Source of the DNA: Lama glama
Taxonomy: Eukaryota
Length of the DNA stretch: 64,000 bases
NCBI GenBank assembly: GCA_028534125.1
Contig: CM052817.1
Span: 50,718,001-50,782,000 of the forward strand
Reading direction: 5' to 3'
The position numbers and the translations under genes are program-made. Positions within the stretch are counted from its first letter, which is position 1. Each line of letters opens with the position of its first letter. The notes under the pieces are model-generated. The model was not told the origin of the DNA, made no database searches, and saw nothing but the letters and a program-made list of their open reading frames with translations. Of this stretch, positions 61,896 to 64,000 are shown piece by piece.

Positions 61896-64000
61896 TTTTT
61901 TTAATTATCTCATGAAAATTATTTTTAAAAAACTACACAAGAAAGATCATTATTATTCATTTGAAAGACCATAGATTATTTATTATCTCAGTATTTTTCA
62001 TAAAAAATGTCAGATTGAAACATGTTTCTCAAAACTCAATATAAAAATTGACATTTAAAAAAGTAAACATACTTAAGGGGAAATTCTGGAATGTGCAATT
62101 AGGATTTTTAGAAAAGCTTATCAAAAAGACTAAAATTCATTAATAATTTATTAGTGATTAGGAATATAAAAACACAAACTGTTCAAAATATTTTAACCAT
62201 AAAGAGCCACTACTGCTTTAGACTGAAAACATAGCAGTGTACCTCATAAAATTTTCATAGTAATAATATAAATATAGCTATAAAAATAAACAGTTAAAAA
62301 TAATGTAATATCTTTTTAGTTAATTTAAATCCTCAGGGAGGTTTTATAAGCCCTTTCTATAAAATAAGAAAAATGGGTGGGTAGCATTGCAATATAGTAT
62401 ATTCATGGAAATGACAGAGGGAGACAAAAATAGAAATACCCCAAATCATACACAAACAAAACCAAATCTCCAACAATATTAAGAGTAAGCCTCATTTGTC
62501 ATATAAAATGGATTAGTTTTAAATAGATGTATTAAGTAGGTTGGTATAATTTGAAATTGCCTGATTTCTGTGAGGCAGAACTTGGAAAAGTTTTGGTAAA
62601 AGGACTTTAGAGAGAGAGCATGAGACAATGCCAAATTAATCATTGTTTCCCAAATCTAGCAGATGATACATTGAAAAATTATGTCCAAATTAACCTTTAA
62701 AGATGTATAGTAATTATCATATGCAGATTTTTATAATTTACCTGACTAAAAGTCTAGAGTAAGGTGAGATGAACACCAACTCTAGTATGCACTATTTGTC
62801 TCCATTTGGAAAGACATATGGAAGAAGAGAAGCTACTTCATAAAACAAAGGCTTTTTTTTTATATTTAGAGGTGAAATAAAGTAAATTTATGTTGTGTCA
62901 AGTCATTTTAGACAAAGTGTACCAGGAAAAAAGAGAAGGCAAAATGATTGCTTCACAGATGCTTGCAGTTCACATGAATTACCAAGACTGTGTGAGAGAC
63001 ATACTGAAAATCACCCTGAGATCTGTTAAATGTTTTTTGCTAGTATATTAAAAATAAATAAAAACCTGTCAAGAATGCTTGACTCGGCGTGGAACTCTGA
63101 TACTCACAATCCTCCTGCTGCATTTAAATATCACTCTCTATATCTGAGATGTTCAGTTATTGTATAAGCAGCACATTAATAGAAATACTTCATTTCTTTA
63201 ACCATTCAGCTTTTGTGCCTGTAACCTTAACATTTTTTAAGTCATAAAGAAAAGAATGTTTTAAGAGTAAAATCCACAGTTTCTTTCTAAAGATAAATAA
63301 ATCTAACAGTATGTTTATTATCTATATATTACAACAACATACAAAATGACACCATATGAATAGGTAGATTTCTCAAAGCCCATCTTTCAGGAAAAGATTA
63401 AGTAAAAAAAAATTAATGTAATTTATTTCTTAAAGCAATAACAAACTAGAAATCTAAAAAGCAATTGAAAGTAAGTCTTAAGTAATTAACTCCATTTCAT
63501 CCCTTTTTGTGAAATAGTTCTGGTCATTCAAATCTCCTGAAAATGTTGAATAAACTTTATTTGGGAATTTTAAAAGAATTAACTTTTAAGATAATCATAG
63601 AATGCTTTATTTTTGCATAAATCTAATTTGACTTCAAAGTGTATGTTAAATTCACGATTTCAATAATATTTTATTGATTTATATTATAAAAATTTATTTT
63701 GTTGCTACTTTTCCATTTTTAGCATTACAATTTAAAGTTACTTAAGCAAATCTGAATATTGGATTTGAAGTAGATACTCTGGATTTTAGTGAATGCTTTT
63801 GTTATTTCTCTTAATTCTTAATTCATCTGGATTAGTCCCTTACTCTTTCTTGTCATTTATGACATGGATGTTTTTAAGATCCAGACCTTTCTTTATATAG
63901 AAATACATATTTTTGAAAAGAAAATTGTAAGTTTATAATAGTACTTATAAATCAAATTTAATATTTCAAAAATTAAAGTACATTTATTTGGTCATCATCT

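Overview
AT-rich, CpG-poor mammalian non-coding DNA. The young L1 3' ends and the absence of Alu, B1, Bov-tA, PRE-1 and SINEC elements suggest a cetartiodactyl, probably a camelid (inference). I recognise no host protein-coding exon, RNA gene or CRISPR array. The ORFs with recognisable homology are LINE-1 ORF1p/ORF2p remnants, and two long ORFs are artefacts of a 500-N gap (29570-30069) whose flanks overlap by 245 bp. The window holds L1 copies (one with both ends and an 11-bp TSD), L2, MIR, MaLR/ERVL/ERV1 solo LTRs and hAT/Tigger relics, several of them nested. L1 and LTR copies lie mostly on the minus strand, which suggests a long intron of a plus-strand transcript. The best leads are a CpG-retaining segment with three identical CACGCAA (AHR:ARNT XRE) motifs and a microexon or recursive-splice-like site (50.8-51.2 kb), a 24-nt microexon candidate (19888-19911), an RFX-like motif cluster (20.55-20.69 kb) and an orphan L1 5'UTR. 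I found no convincing evidence of a novel biological system. Repeat family names come from recalled consensus sequences and need RepeatMasker/Dfam confirmation.
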